The notes beneath the pieces are model-generated. The model was not told where the DNA came from, searched no databases, and worked only from the letters and a program-made list of their open reading frames with translations. From contig JBBUGM010000011.1 of the NCBI GenBank assembly GCA_038077975.1, positions 22,038-86,037 on the forward strand: DNA of 64,000 bases, written 5' to 3'. A program made the position numbers and the translations under genes. Every line of letters starts with the position of its first letter. Position 1 is the first letter of the stretch. The DNA is from Patescibacteria group bacterium. Its GTDB lineage: Bacteria > Patescibacteriota > Minisyncoccia > UBA6257 > 2-01-FULL-56-20. Shown here one piece after another: positions 8,681 through 17,273 of this stretch.

Positions 8681-8935
8681 TTACGTTTTCCCCACGATCC
8701 GCCACCGCTTATCTTTCGAAAGCGGCCGCGTTTCCTCAATAACGACTTTCTCGCCGACATGATATTCGTTCTTTTCATCATGGGCTTTGAATTTCTTCGA
8801 TGTCTTAAAATATTTCTGATATTTGGAATGCTTTTTCAAGCGCTCAATCAAAACAACCCTGGTTTTCGCCATTTTTTCGCTAACAACAGTTCCTGTCAAC
8901 CTTCTTTTTTTACTTGTTTCTTTGTTCATGGCCAT
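8681..8935 (-). CDS. rpsQ: 30S ribosomal protein S17
   Basis: 84 aa. [14 protein letters not shown] is the S17 pattern. Operon position fits. Confidence 0.9.
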   Translation of the reverse strand: MAMNKETSKKRRLTGTVVSEKMAKTRVVLIERLKKHSKYQKYFKTSKKFKAHDEKNEYHVGEKVVIEETRPLSKDKRWRIVGKT

Positions 8936-8940
8936 AATTT

Positions 8941-9141
8941 TTATGATCTCGCTGCTTCGTTAATAAAAGTAGATATCCGAGCGATATTTCTTTTCAAGGC
9001 ATGCAATTCCTTTACGTTCTTCACTTTACCAGCCGCCAAATTGAATTTCAGCTCGCGTAAACGTTCACGGCTTTCTTTTGCGAGCTTTTGGAGCTCGGGC
9101 AACGGCTTACTTTTTAATTCTTGTAGCTCGCGTTTTTTCAT
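8941..9141 (-). CDS. rpmC: 50S ribosomal protein L29
   Basis: 66-aa helical ORF between rplP and rpsQ. Confidence 0.85.
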   Translation of the reverse strand: MKKRELQELKSKPLPELQKLAKESRERLRELKFNLAAGKVKNVKELHALKRNIARISTFINEAARS

Positions 9142-9238
9142 ATTTGAATCGCTCGCACACCAAGTACCACTAATATAGAACGAATAAACGCTAATATATT
9201 CGTGGTGCTTCGTGTTTATATTCGTGGTTATTAGTGTG
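9142..9238. repeat. imperfect palindrome, CACAC/ATTCGTG word family
   Basis: CACACCAAGTACCACTAATATA ... TATATTCGTGGTTATTAGTGTG. Confidence 0.8.
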
Positions 9239-9649
9239 TCATTTACTAATGACTATGCTTTTGAACGGTAATTTATGCCCGGCAAGCCGCAGCGCCTCTT
9301 CGGCTATGTTGCGTTCGACGCCGTCGATCTCAAAGATAACTCTCCCCGGACGAACAGGGAAAACATAGTGGTCCACAGAGCCCTTGCCTCCTCCTAGGGT
9401 CTTTTCCGGCGCCTGCTGTGTTATCGGCTTATCGGGGAAAACGCGTATCCAAAGCCGGCCGCTCCTTTTAAGGTGCCCGGTGATGGCGCGGCGCGCCGCC
9501 TCGATTTGGCGGGAGTTTAGCCACGACGCCTCTGTTGCCTTGAGGCCGAACTGGCCGAAGCTGACATTGATCCCTCGGGTCTCAACAAGGCGCCTGCGAC
9601 TTCTACCTTTCTGCCACTTTCTGTGTTTTACTTTCTTTGGTATTAACAT
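9239..9649 (-). CDS. rplP: 50S ribosomal protein L16
   Basis: MLIPKKVKHRKWQKGR start. 136 aa. Confidence 0.95.
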   Translation of the reverse strand: MLIPKKVKHRKWQKGRSRRRLVETRGINVSFGQFGLKATEASWLNSRQIEAARRAITGHLKRSGRLWIRVFPDKPITQQAPEKTLGGGKGSVDHYVFPVRPGRVIFEIDGVERNIAEEALRLAGHKLPFKSIVISK

Positions 9650-9726
9650 GTTCGCTATTGCTCACACACTAAGTATCACGAATATGGGACTAATTACCAC
9701 TAATATTCGTGGTGCTTCGTTTCATA
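9650..9726. repeat. imperfect palindrome, CACAC/ATTCGTG word family
   Basis: CTCACACACTAAGTATCACGAATATG ... AATATTCGTGGTGCTTCG. Confidence 0.75.
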
Positions 9727-10410
9727 TTAGTGATGTTTAGTGTTGTCTTCGCGCGCGAAGACCTCGCCTTTATATATCCAGATCTTGATGCCGATCGTGC
9801 CGTATGTGCAGAATGCCGTAGATTGCCCGTAATCGATGTTTGCCCGCAGCGTTTGCAAGGGCAATGCACCCCTGCTCAACCATTCCCTTCTTGCGATCTC
9901 ACCGCCATCTAACCGGCCGGAAAACCTTATCTTCGCGCCTTTAACTTCCTTGTACTGCATGATCGATTCAAGGTACTTTTTCATTGTTCTTCGAAAGGTC
10001 ATCCTTTTTTCTAGGTCCCAGGCGATCTGCTGAGCGATGTATTGAGCCGAAATTTCCGTGCGCTTGAGCTCTTCGACGTTAACACTGATACTTGCGGCAG
10101 TTTTTGTTTTCCTCAAGCCCTTAAGCACTTCGTTTATCGCTTTGCTTAGGTCTTCAATGCCTTTGCCACCTCGGCCTATGATGAGTCCCGGTTTTGCGGC
10201 CTTGATCAAAATTCTCACACTGCTGGCCGTCCTTTCTATCTCGATCGAAGAAATACCTGCGAGGCCGATCCTCTCGTTGATCACTTTCCTAATTGCCTCG
10301 TCCTCTTCGAGATGCTTGCCAAAAATCTTCCCGCGCGTCGGAAACCAGCGCGAAGCCCACTTCACGTTTATGCCCAACCTAAAAGATTTTGGATTTATTT
10401 TGTGTCCCAT
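9727..10410 (-). CDS. rpsC: 30S ribosomal protein S3
   Basis: MGHKINPKSFRLG start with a KH domain. 227 aa. Confidence 0.95.
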   Translation of the reverse strand: MGHKINPKSFRLGINVKWASRWFPTRGKIFGKHLEEDEAIRKVINERIGLAGISSIEIERTASSVRILIKAAKPGLIIGRGGKGIEDLSKAINEVLKGLRKTKTAASISVNVEELKRTEISAQYIAQQIAWDLEKRMTFRRTMKKYLESIMQYKEVKGAKIRFSGRLDGGEIARREWLSRGALPLQTLRANIDYGQSTAFCTYGTIGIKIWIYKGEVFAREDNTKHH

Positions 10411-10436
10411 CGTTCGCTATAAACTCACTTAACCGA

Positions 10437-10940
10437 CTATACTGCTTTACGCCTAGTGAATAATCTCTTAAAGAACCCTGGCCTTTTCGGTTTTTGTGTT
10501 TCTCTCGCAACTTCAACTTTCTTTTCCTTCCTAGGACGCCTTGCCTCTCCCGGAGGAAGTTTCACTTTCTTAGGCACAACTATCTTAAAGCGCGGCGCTT
10601 TCGGATTCACGTTTTCGGAAAGAACCATTGTTATGTGGCTCATTTTTTTCTGGATCGGGGTCGCCATGCCTTTCGCCCTCGGCAAAAACCGCTTGAGCAT
10701 CGGCCCTTGGTCAACCTCGAGCTTCTCAATGTAAAGCTTCTCGGAATCGAGCTTCTGGTTATTTTTCGCGTTGGCGATCGCCGAACGCAAAAGTTTTAAG
10801 ACCGCCGGAGCCGGGCGCTTTCTCAAAAGCATCAGTTGAGCTTCGGCATCGTTAACGGAGAGGCCCTTCACAAGGTCGGTAACCAGCCGCACTTTACGGG
10901 GTGCGACTCGCAGATAATTAAGTTTTGCGATTTGCTTCAT
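10437..10940 (-). CDS. rplV: 50S ribosomal protein L22 with a basic C-terminal extension
   Basis: Core LRVAPRKVRLVTDLVKG. Start at MKQIAKL. The upstream in-frame extension is repeat-derived. Confidence 0.9.
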   Translation of the reverse strand: MKQIAKLNYLRVAPRKVRLVTDLVKGLSVNDAEAQLMLLRKRPAPAVLKLLRSAIANAKNNQKLDSEKLYIEKLEVDQGPMLKRFLPRAKGMATPIQKKMSHITMVLSENVNPKAPRFKIVVPKKVKLPPGEARRPRKEKKVEVARETQKPKRPGFFKRLFTRRKAV

Positions 10941-11087
10941 GGTGATGATGCTAATTTGCGAATTTATCCTAATAATGCGAATGTCGCCGTAGCTCAATAA
11001 TGCAAATATACGAATGGGTCAATTAGTATATTGGTATGCAGCGCTAAAGCGCCATTAGTATCATTCGCACGCATTTGTATATTGGTA
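10941..11087. repeat. about 140-bp dispersed quasi-palindromic repeat, copy 1
   Basis: Near-identical to 12259-12399. Fills the rpsS-rplV spacer. Confidence 0.9.
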
Positions 11088-11432
11088 TTACGCTTTTTTT
11101 TCTTTTGCCGGTGCAACAGCCGCCGCGGTAGCGGCTCCCGCGCCCTCGGCAGACTTCATTTCGAGTTCCTTTTGCATCTTACCGCCGTGGCGCGTAAATT
11201 TGCGCGTCGGCGAAAACTCTCCCAGGCGATGGCCAACCATGTCCTCTGATACCCTTACATCAACAAAAATTTTGCCATTATGGACCGCGAACGTATACCC
11301 CACCATTTCGGGCGAGATCTCCGACGCGCGCGACCATGTTTTAATGGACGCACCCTCGCCGGGCTTCGCTCTGCCAATCTTTTTTATGATGTCCGGGGCG
11401 ACATAAGGCCCTTTTTTAGAACTGCGCGACAT
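11088..11432 (-). CDS. rpsS: 30S ribosomal protein S19 with an Ala-rich C-terminal tail
   Basis: [11 protein letters not shown] start and HNGKIFV core. 114 aa. Confidence 0.95.
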   Translation of the reverse strand: MSRSSKKGPYVAPDIIKKIGRAKPGEGASIKTWSRASEISPEMVGYTFAVHNGKIFVDVRVSEDMVGHRLGEFSPTRKFTRHGGKMQKELEMKSAEGAGAATAAAVAPAKEKKA

Positions 11433-11436
11433 GATT

Positions 11437-12258
11437 TTATTTCCTGCGTTTGATAATTAGGACGCTCGACCACTTTTTCCTGTTTCTCGTCTTGTGTCCG
11501 CCGGTAACTTTGCCCCATTTCGTCTTCGGCTTCCGCGTGCCGCGCTGCGTGCGGCCTTCGCCGCCGCCATAGGGGTGGTCAACCGGGTTCATAACCTTAC
11601 CGCGCACGGTCGGACGCACGCCGAGCCATCTTGAGCGGCCCGCTTTGCCAATCGTCACTAAATTGTGTTCCGGATTCGAAACCTGCCCGATCGAAGCAAA
11701 GCAATCCCAAAGCACGCGGCGCACTTCTCCGGAAGAAAGCTTGATGTCCGTATATCCGTCCGCGTTCGCCAAAACTTCGGCGTAAGAACCGGCGGAGCGT
11801 GCGAGTTTCCCACCCATTTCCGGCGACATTTCTATGTTGTAGACCTGATAACCGATGGGGATGTTCTTCAGGCGCAAGCGATTGCCGACCCTAAGCGGCG
11901 CGGAATCCGCCGAAACCAATTTATCCCCGACCTTAAGTCCATGCGGGGCCAAAATGTAATGCTCTCTTGCGTTCGGATAAAGAACGAGTGCGATGAAAGC
12001 GGTGCGGTAAGGATCATATTCCAAAGTTTTCACGACAGCTTCCTGGTTAAGTTCAAGCTGCTTAAAATCGATGACCCGATAAAGTTTCTTGTTGCCGCCG
12101 CCCTGGTGGCGCATCGTTATCCTGCCCTGGGAATTCCTTCCGGAATTGCTCTTAAGTCGGCGCAAGAGCGACCGCTTCGGCCGCACACCGCTTAAGACGC
12201 CGTAGTCAACTACGGTCATGCTTCGGCGCGATGGAGTTGTTGGGGAAAATTGTTTCAT
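11437..12258 (-). CDS. rplB: 50S ribosomal protein L2
   Basis: Contains [13 protein letters not shown] and [12 protein letters not shown]. Start at MKQFSPT. Confidence 0.95.
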   Translation of the reverse strand: MKQFSPTTPSRRSMTVVDYGVLSGVRPKRSLLRRLKSNSGRNSQGRITMRHQGGGNKKLYRVIDFKQLELNQEAVVKTLEYDPYRTAFIALVLYPNAREHYILAPHGLKVGDKLVSADSAPLRVGNRLRLKNIPIGYQVYNIEMSPEMGGKLARSAGSYAEVLANADGYTDIKLSSGEVRRVLWDCFASIGQVSNPEHNLVTIGKAGRSRWLGVRPTVRGKVMNPVDHPYGGGEGRTQRGTRKPKTKWGKVTGGHKTRNRKKWSSVLIIKRRK

Positions 12259-12399
12259 AATTCTAATCTGCGAATTTATACTAATACTGCGAATGTCGCT
12301 GTAGCTCAATAATACAAATATACGAATGGGTTAATTAGTTTATTGGTATGCTGCGCTAAAGCGCCATTAGTATCATTCGCGCGCATTAGTATATTGGTA
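12259..12399. repeat. about 140-bp dispersed repeat, copy 2
   Basis: Fills the rplW-rplB spacer. Confidence 0.9.
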
Positions 12400-12669
12400 T
12401 TACGCTATGTCTATCTTCTGCCCTTCCTTTAGTGTCACTATCGCTTTTTTATAACCCGGTTGGCGGCCGCGCACAGATCCCACGCGCTTACGCTTCGAGG
12501 GACGATTCACAATATTCACGTCGACCGGATCAACTTTATAAATGGATTTTATCGCTTTTTTTACTTCCGGTTTGGTCGCGTCGGGCCTCACAATAAAAAC
12601 ATACTTCCTCTCTCCGCTCAAGAAAGAAGATTTTTCCGTAACTAATGGTTTTTTGATGACGTCGTACAT
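12400..12669 (-). CDS. rplW: 50S ribosomal protein L23
   Basis: 89 aa. MYDVIKKPLVTEKS start. Confidence 0.9.
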   Translation of the reverse strand: MYDVIKKPLVTEKSSFLSGERKYVFIVRPDATKPEVKKAIKSIYKVDPVDVNIVNRPSKRKRVGSVRGRQPGYKKAIVTLKEGQKIDIA

Positions 12670-12674
12670 TATTG

Positions 12675-13319
12675 TTAACGATTATAACGTTTGCCGATCG
12701 TCGCGAGCGCCTCTTTTTCAACGAAAACACTTTTGTAATTCGCAGTATCGTAAATGTTAAGAGAATTAGCGTGAACGGCTTTTGTTTTCTGCAAATTGGA
12801 CGCGGCGCGCGTGATCGATCTATTGCCTTCGCCGGCGACCAAAAGCACATCGTATCTTTTGTCTTTTGCCGGCACCGCCAAAATTTTCCGAAGCGCGGCT
12901 GCTAAAATTTTTGTTTTTGGCGTTTCGAGCTCGAGGGAAGAAAATACCTTAACGTTGCCGTCCTTGAATTTCTTCGAAAGAACGCTCGCCAAGGCCTGGT
13001 TCCGCATCTTTTTATTAATTTTCTGCGAATAATCCCTTTCCTTATTAGGACCGTGGGATTTGCCTCCGCCAACCCATAAAGGCGAACGGATCGAGCCGTG
13101 CCGAGCGCGGCCAGTGCCCTTCTGCCTCCATGGTTTTCGGCCTCCGCCGCGGACTTCGGCACGTGTCTTCGCGTGCGCCCATGGACGCCTGCGGTTCGCT
13201 AGCTGTGCTCGCAAAACTTGGGCTACCAAAGCCGGCCTCCACTTCGCGCCGAAAACACCCTCTGGAAGTTCCGTTTTCTCCACAACTTTATTTTCCAAAT
13301 TATAAACGTCGGTTTGCAT
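12675..13319 (-). CDS. rplD: 50S ribosomal protein L4
   Basis: Contains GGGRKPWRQKGTGRARHGS. Start at MQTDVYN (M10 of the ORF). Confidence 0.9.
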   Translation of the reverse strand: MQTDVYNLENKVVEKTELPEGVFGAKWRPALVAQVLRAQLANRRRPWAHAKTRAEVRGGGRKPWRQKGTGRARHGSIRSPLWVGGGKSHGPNKERDYSQKINKKMRNQALASVLSKKFKDGNVKVFSSLELETPKTKILAAALRKILAVPAKDKRYDVLLVAGEGNRSITRAASNLQKTKAVHANSLNIYDTANYKSVFVEKEALATIGKRYNR

Positions 13320-13460
13320 AATGTTTAAATCACAAATTACAAGCACCAGATCACAAACAATATCTAATTTCGAAATTCTAAATTCAAAATGTTTTGGTCA
13401 TTTGGATTTTATATTTTGAATTTGTTTGGGATTTGTTATTTGGAATTTGAAATTTTTGCC
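13320..13460. repeat. imperfect palindrome, AAATTC/GAATTT word family
   Basis: The arm ...CTAAATTCAAAAT pairs with ATTTTGAATTTG.... The right arm encodes the rplC C-terminus ISNSK. Confidence 0.7.
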
Positions 13461-14008
13461 ACCTCTACAATTCCGCCTCTCGCTCCAGGAACGGCTCCGT
13501 GCAAGAACAAAAGATTTTTGTCTTTATCGACACCAACAACTTTCAATCCTTTAATCGTGACCCTTTCAACTCCCATGTGTCCTGCCATCCGCCTTCCCGG
13601 CACGACCCTCTGAAAGGCGGTGCTGCCGATCGAACCAGGCGCCCTGAAACGATTTTTTTGCCCGTGCGTCTTTGGACCGCCGGCGAAACCGTGCCGTTTC
13701 ACGACTCCCTGAAAACCTCTGCCCTTCGAAGTACCGCTCACACGCACAACATCACCTTCCTTAAAGGCCTCGACAGAGATAGCGTCGCCTTTTTTGAACT
13801 GTCCAATATCAAAAGTGGCTGGCCATTTGCTCCTGAATTCTTTTTTGTGCTTGCCGAAAGAAACCCGAACGGCTTCGTAGCCGTCCTTTTCTTTCGTACG
13901 CGAAGCGGAAACTTTGTTCGGCTCGGCTTGAAGCACCGTGACAGGGATCACGTTCTGGTCTTTCCAGACCTGGCTCATCTTTAATTTTTTCGCCAAAATA
14001 AAACTCAT
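13436..14008 (-). CDS. rplC: 50S ribosomal protein L3
   Basis: 190 aa with FQGVVKRHGFAGGPKTHG. The C-terminal ISNSK is encoded by a repeat arm. Confidence 0.9.
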   Translation of the reverse strand: MSFILAKKLKMSQVWKDQNVIPVTVLQAEPNKVSASRTKEKDGYEAVRVSFGKHKKEFRSKWPATFDIGQFKKGDAISVEAFKEGDVVRVSGTSKGRGFQGVVKRHGFAGGPKTHGQKNRFRAPGSIGSTAFQRVVPGRRMAGHMGVERVTIKGLKVVGVDKDKNLLFLHGAVPGARGGIVEVAKISNSK

Positions 14009-14100
14009 GTTTTCTTTTCGCAGACCGACGCGGACTTCACGCAGACTAACGCGGAAAATTTCTGCGTAGTTCTGCGTGCGTTCTGCGTAAGTCTGCGTTT
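14009..14100. repeat. imperfect palindrome, CGCAGA/TCTGCG word family
   Basis: CGCAGACCGACGCGGACTTCACGCAGACTAACGCGGA ... TCTGCGTAGTTCTGCGTGCGTTCTGCGTAAGTCTGCG. Confidence 0.8.
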
Positions 14101-14104
14101 ATGA

Positions 14105-14134
14105 CACAAAAACGACCCGGTCTTAGCCCGGGTC
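14105..14134 (-). terminator. intrinsic terminator
   Basis: 7-bp GC stem plus a T5 run on the minus strand. Confidence 0.65.
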
Positions 14135-14234
14135 GCCTGGCTAACACTCCAAAACCTTTATTCGGTTATCGAAAAATAACCATTATTTAGCTTAGTCCCG
14201 CACCGTCCGCCGTCGGCGGTCTGGTGCGCGGATT
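14105..14234 (-). ncRNA. candidate about 130-nt structured leader or sRNA ending in an intrinsic terminator
   Basis: Starts about 7 nt after the -10. Contains the hairpins CGCACC..CCGCC-GAC-GGCGG..GGTGCG and GGTTAT-TTTTCG-ATAACC. Ends GACCCGG-GCTAAGA-CCGGGTC-GTTTTTG. Confidence 0.45.
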
Positions 14235-14240
14235 ATGTAG

Positions 14241-14269
14241 ATGATAGCAAAACGGCGCAACAAAGTCAA
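14241..14269 (-). promoter_or_regulatory. sigma70-type promoter TTGACT-17-TATCAT between rpsJ and rplC
   Basis: Minus-strand read: TTGACTttgttgcgccgttttgcTATCAT. Confidence 0.6.
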
Positions 14270-14322
14270 TGCGAATAGGGCTGGCGGACACAAAACCAAG
14301 AAATAGTCCTTATTTCCTAAGG

Positions 14323-14352
14323 AAAAACCGTCCTTCTGCGGGGCGGTTTTTT
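14323..14352. terminator. candidate bidirectional terminator immediately after the rpsJ stop
   Basis: AAAAACCGTCC-loop-GGGGCGGTTTTTT. The minus-strand version has one A.C mismatch. Confidence 0.45.
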
Positions 14353-14685
14353 CTAAACCATCTTTATTTCGACATCGACTCCGGCCGGAAGATTTAGATT
14401 GCTCAGTGACTCGATTATCTTCTGCGAGGGATTCAATATCTCGACGAGACGTTTATGGACTCGGAGTTCAAACTGTTCGCGCGAGTCCTTGTCGATAAAG
14501 GCCGAGCGATTCACTGTGTAGCGCTTTATCTCGGTTGGAAGCGGGATCGGACCTGCGATCTTCGCGTCGTTCCTTTCCGCTGCCTCAATTATCTGGCGCG
14601 AAGAAGTGTCGATTAGTTTGTGATCGTACGACTTAATGCGCAAGCGCAATTTCTGCGGAATGTCCGCTTCTTTCTTTTTTGCCAT
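14353..14685 (-). CDS. rpsJ: 30S ribosomal protein S10
   Basis: 110 aa with [14 protein letters not shown]. Directly downstream of tuf. Confidence 0.95.
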   Translation of the reverse strand: MAKKKEADIPQKLRLRIKSYDHKLIDTSSRQIIEAAERNDAKIAGPIPLPTEIKRYTVNRSAFIDKDSREQFELRVHKRLVEILNPSQKIIESLSNLNLPAGVDVEIKMV

Positions 14686-14757
14686 GGATTACTAAATTAC
14701 GAATTTCTTACGAAAATACGAATTCGTACTATTCGTACTTATTCGTAATTTCGTAAC
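14686..14757. repeat. imperfect palindrome, ACGAAT word family
   Basis: Centre TACGAATTCGTA with imperfect flanking arms. Fills the tuf-rpsJ spacer. Confidence 0.75.
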
Positions 14758-15957
14758 TTACTTCAGTATTTTCGTTACAACTCCAGCGCCAACTGTTTTT
14801 CCGCCTTCGCGGATAGCGAACCTCTGCTTCTCTTCAAGGGCTACCGGGGAGATAAGTTTCACAACAAGTTTAACGGTGTCGCCCGGCATAACCATTTCCA
14901 TGCCTTGCGGCAACGTAACTTCGCCCGTCACGTCCGTCGTTCTGATGTAGAACTGCGGCTTGTATCCGGCAAAGAAAGGTGAGTGTCGGCCTCCTTCCTC
15001 TTTGGAGAGGATGTAGACCTCTGATTCGAATTCCGTGTGCGGCGTAACCGAACCGGGCTTCGCGATAACCTGACCGCGCTCAACGTCTTCTTTCTTCAGG
15101 CCGCGGAGGAGAATTCCGACGTTGTCGCCGGCCATACCTTCGTCCAAAAGCTTGTTGAACATTTCGATTCCCGTAACTACGGTTTTCTGCGTCGCGCGCA
15201 ATCCGATCACTTCAACTTCTTCGTTGACCTTGACCTTGCCGCGCTCAACACGGCCGGTAACCACGGTGCCTCTGCCTTCGATCGAGAAAACGTCTTCAAC
15301 AGGCATAAGGAACGGCCTGTCGAGCTCGCGAACCGGCTCCGGGATGAATTCGTCCAGTGCCTTTACGAGATCGAGGATCGGTTTCGCGTCAGCGTCATCT
15401 GCCGATTTCGCGTTCAAGGCCTTCAAGGCCGAACCGCGGATGATCGGGGTCGTGTCTCCCGGAAATTCATATTTCTTCAAGAGCTCGCGGACTTCGGATT
15501 CGACGAGGTCAATCAATTCCGGATCATCAACTTGGTCAACTTTGTTCAAGAAGACGATGATCGCCGGAACTCCGACCTGACGTGCAAGCAAAATGTGTTC
15601 GCGCGTCTGCGGCATCGGGCCGTCTGCGGCCGAGACAACCAAAACCGCTCCGTCCATCTGCGCCGCACCCGTGATCATGTTCTTGATGTAGTCAGCGTGG
15701 CCCGGAGCGTCGATATGCGCGTAGTGGCGCTTTTCGGATTCGTACTCCGAGTGATGAAGCGCGATAGTAATACCACGCGCTTTTTCTTCGGGAGCATTGT
15801 CAATTTGATCGACATTTTCCTCTTTCTTCGCCCATCCCTTCATGAAGAGGACGTGCGTAATTGCCGCGGTCAAAGTCGTCTTTCCGTGGTCAACGTGACC
15901 AATCGTGCCGACGTTCACGTGCGGCTTACCTCTTGTAAACTTTTCTTTCTCTGCCAT
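14758..15957 (-). CDS. tuf: elongation factor Tu
   Basis: 399 aa. G1 motif GHVDHGKTT, plus DAPGH and NKVD. Confidence 0.97.
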   Translation of the reverse strand: MAEKEKFTRGKPHVNVGTIGHVDHGKTTLTAAITHVLFMKGWAKKEENVDQIDNAPEEKARGITIALHHSEYESEKRHYAHIDAPGHADYIKNMITGAAQMDGAVLVVSAADGPMPQTREHILLARQVGVPAIIVFLNKVDQVDDPELIDLVESEVRELLKKYEFPGDTTPIIRGSALKALNAKSADDADAKPILDLVKALDEFIPEPVRELDRPFLMPVEDVFSIEGRGTVVTGRVERGKVKVNEEVEVIGLRATQKTVVTGIEMFNKLLDEGMAGDNVGILLRGLKKEDVERGQVIAKPGSVTPHTEFESEVYILSKEEGGRHSPFFAGYKPQFYIRTTDVTGEVTLPQGMEMVMPGDTVKLVVKLISPVALEEKQRFAIREGGKTVGAGVVTKILK

Positions 15958-16022
15958 TTTTTTATTTTTTTATGTTTGAAACGTTTTTAAACCAACCGCC
16001 TTTCGACTAAGCGTTAGTTTAG

Positions 16023-16050
16023 AGCTTACAGGCGCCATTAAATCTGTCAA
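16023..16050 (-). promoter_or_regulatory. tuf promoter P2, TTGACA-16-TAAGCT
   Basis: A second consensus -35, 53 nt downstream of P1. Confidence 0.45.
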
Positions 16051-16075
16051 GCGGCGCGCGTAAGATATTCTAAAT

Positions 16076-16103
16076 ATTATACCAGATGGAAACATGCTGT
16101 CAA
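16076..16103 (-). promoter_or_regulatory. tuf promoter P1, TTGACA-16-TGgTATAAT
   Basis: Consensus -35 and extended -10 on the minus strand, about 115 nt upstream of the tuf ATG. Confidence 0.7.
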
Positions 16104-16210
16104 CCCCGCACCTTTTCCGGCTGGTGCTACGCGCAGAGTACCGAAAAAGCCGGAAAAGGTGCGGGGTCAAGCGCGCTGTGGAAAAGTATTGAAATGCTCC
16201 TGTTAAGAAC

Positions 16211-16245
16211 AAAAAAGCTCGCCAATCCAAAGGATTTGGCGAGCT
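16211..16245 (-). terminator. intrinsic terminator of the 292-aa gene
   Basis: AGCTCGCCAAATCC-TTT-GGATTGGCGAGCT plus T6. The stem starts at the stop codon. Confidence 0.8.
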
Positions 16246-17122
16246 ATTGCGTTTTTCCTTCATATCTCCGAATCAGTTCATTCTGCGGGTACAAAACTTT
16301 CAGGCGAACGTATAAATCATGGGTTTTAACCTGAAAGATCTCTTCGGCTTTACGCCGATGCTTATCTTTCAGTTTTTTGGTGTCGGTAAGGATCTGAAAC
16401 ATAAGAAGGCGGATGTCGTCCGCGAACGGGCCGGTGTTGTCCATTTCGGCTTCGTGGATCAATTGCAGGCCGTGCTCTCGATCACTCGGAAAGCCGTAAA
16501 ACGGCGCGGCGCGGCGCACTATCCAACCTTTAAGTCCGGGCATAAGACTTAATCCGTATTCCGCAAGACCCAAAAGATACTTCGAGTCCTGATAATCGGA
16601 TGTCTCGGCAAATTCTCTCATTCTTTCTGCGGTATCTACTCCTCCTTTCCAATTATCGTTTGCTTTTTGGAACACTCCTTTGATGCCTAAAGCGTCAGCC
16701 GCGACAAACCTGTAAAATCCGACCTTGTCTTCTTCGAGGATTTTTTCTTGGACTTGTTTTATGGCGGTATCGGCGAGAAGCATAAGCTCGGCATAGTAAA
16801 GGTCGTCAATTTTCTCTGTCTTTTTCCCGCTCGTCTCGTCAGCTTTACGATCGGCCCTGAATTGCATACACCGCGCTTTTAGGTTCATCCACGGCCCCCT
16901 CGGGTCATTCGGCTCACGCAAAGTATATTTCTCGAAACTTTCAACCGCCGCCGCGTAATCACTATTGCGAAATTTCAACAATCCTTCCCTGAAAACATCT
17001 TCCGCGTCGGACCGGCGAATCTCCTTTCTTTCTGCATTGTCATACCCCTCTGCCCCGGAAACCGGGAACGACGCGACAACCAACAAAAAAACGGCTATTA
17101 CAGCTAACCGCTTCAGTTGCAT
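16244..17122 (-). CDS. hypothetical secreted protein, TPR-like helical repeats
   Basis: 292 aa with signal-like N-terminus MQLKRLAVIAVFLLVVASFPVSGA. Has its own terminator at 16211-16245. Inserted between fusA and tuf. Confidence 0.55.
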   Translation of the reverse strand: MQLKRLAVIAVFLLVVASFPVSGAEGYDNAERKEIRRSDAEDVFREGLLKFRNSDYAAAVESFEKYTLREPNDPRGPWMNLKARCMQFRADRKADETSGKKTEKIDDLYYAELMLLADTAIKQVQEKILEEDKVGFYRFVAADALGIKGVFQKANDNWKGGVDTAERMREFAETSDYQDSKYLLGLAEYGLSLMPGLKGWIVRRAAPFYGFPSDREHGLQLIHEAEMDNTGPFADDIRLLMFQILTDTKKLKDKHRRKAEEIFQVKTHDLYVRLKVLYPQNELIRRYEGKTQ

Positions 17123-17273
17123 ACATGCCTTCGATTAAAACAACTCCAAGTAGTATAACACAAGCCGTGAACTAATCAACGAATAACGAATTGGAAACGA
17201 ATCTGCAAATGGTTCGACTCCGCTCACCACAAGAAATTCGTAAATTCGAACAGCATTCGCTATTCGCTGATAG
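17123..17273. repeat. ACGAAT-family palindrome with a GGTTCGAC..GCTCACC insert
   Basis: Same ends as 44784-44870 (ATCAACGAATAACGAATT ... ATTCGCTATTCGCTGAT), plus 21 extra nt in the loop. Confidence 0.8.

Noticed and set aside
4165-14757. Whether the regularly spaced intergenic repeats could be a degenerate CRISPR array.
   Set aside because: There is no constant direct repeat. The intervals are full-length conserved genes. The repeats are inverted, not direct, and no cas genes are present.
15037-15990. 317-aa plus-strand ORF (and 15122-15580) overlapping tuf.
   Set aside because: It is antisense to a certain EF-Tu gene. The composition is Arg/Val-rich shadow-frame sequence with no motifs.
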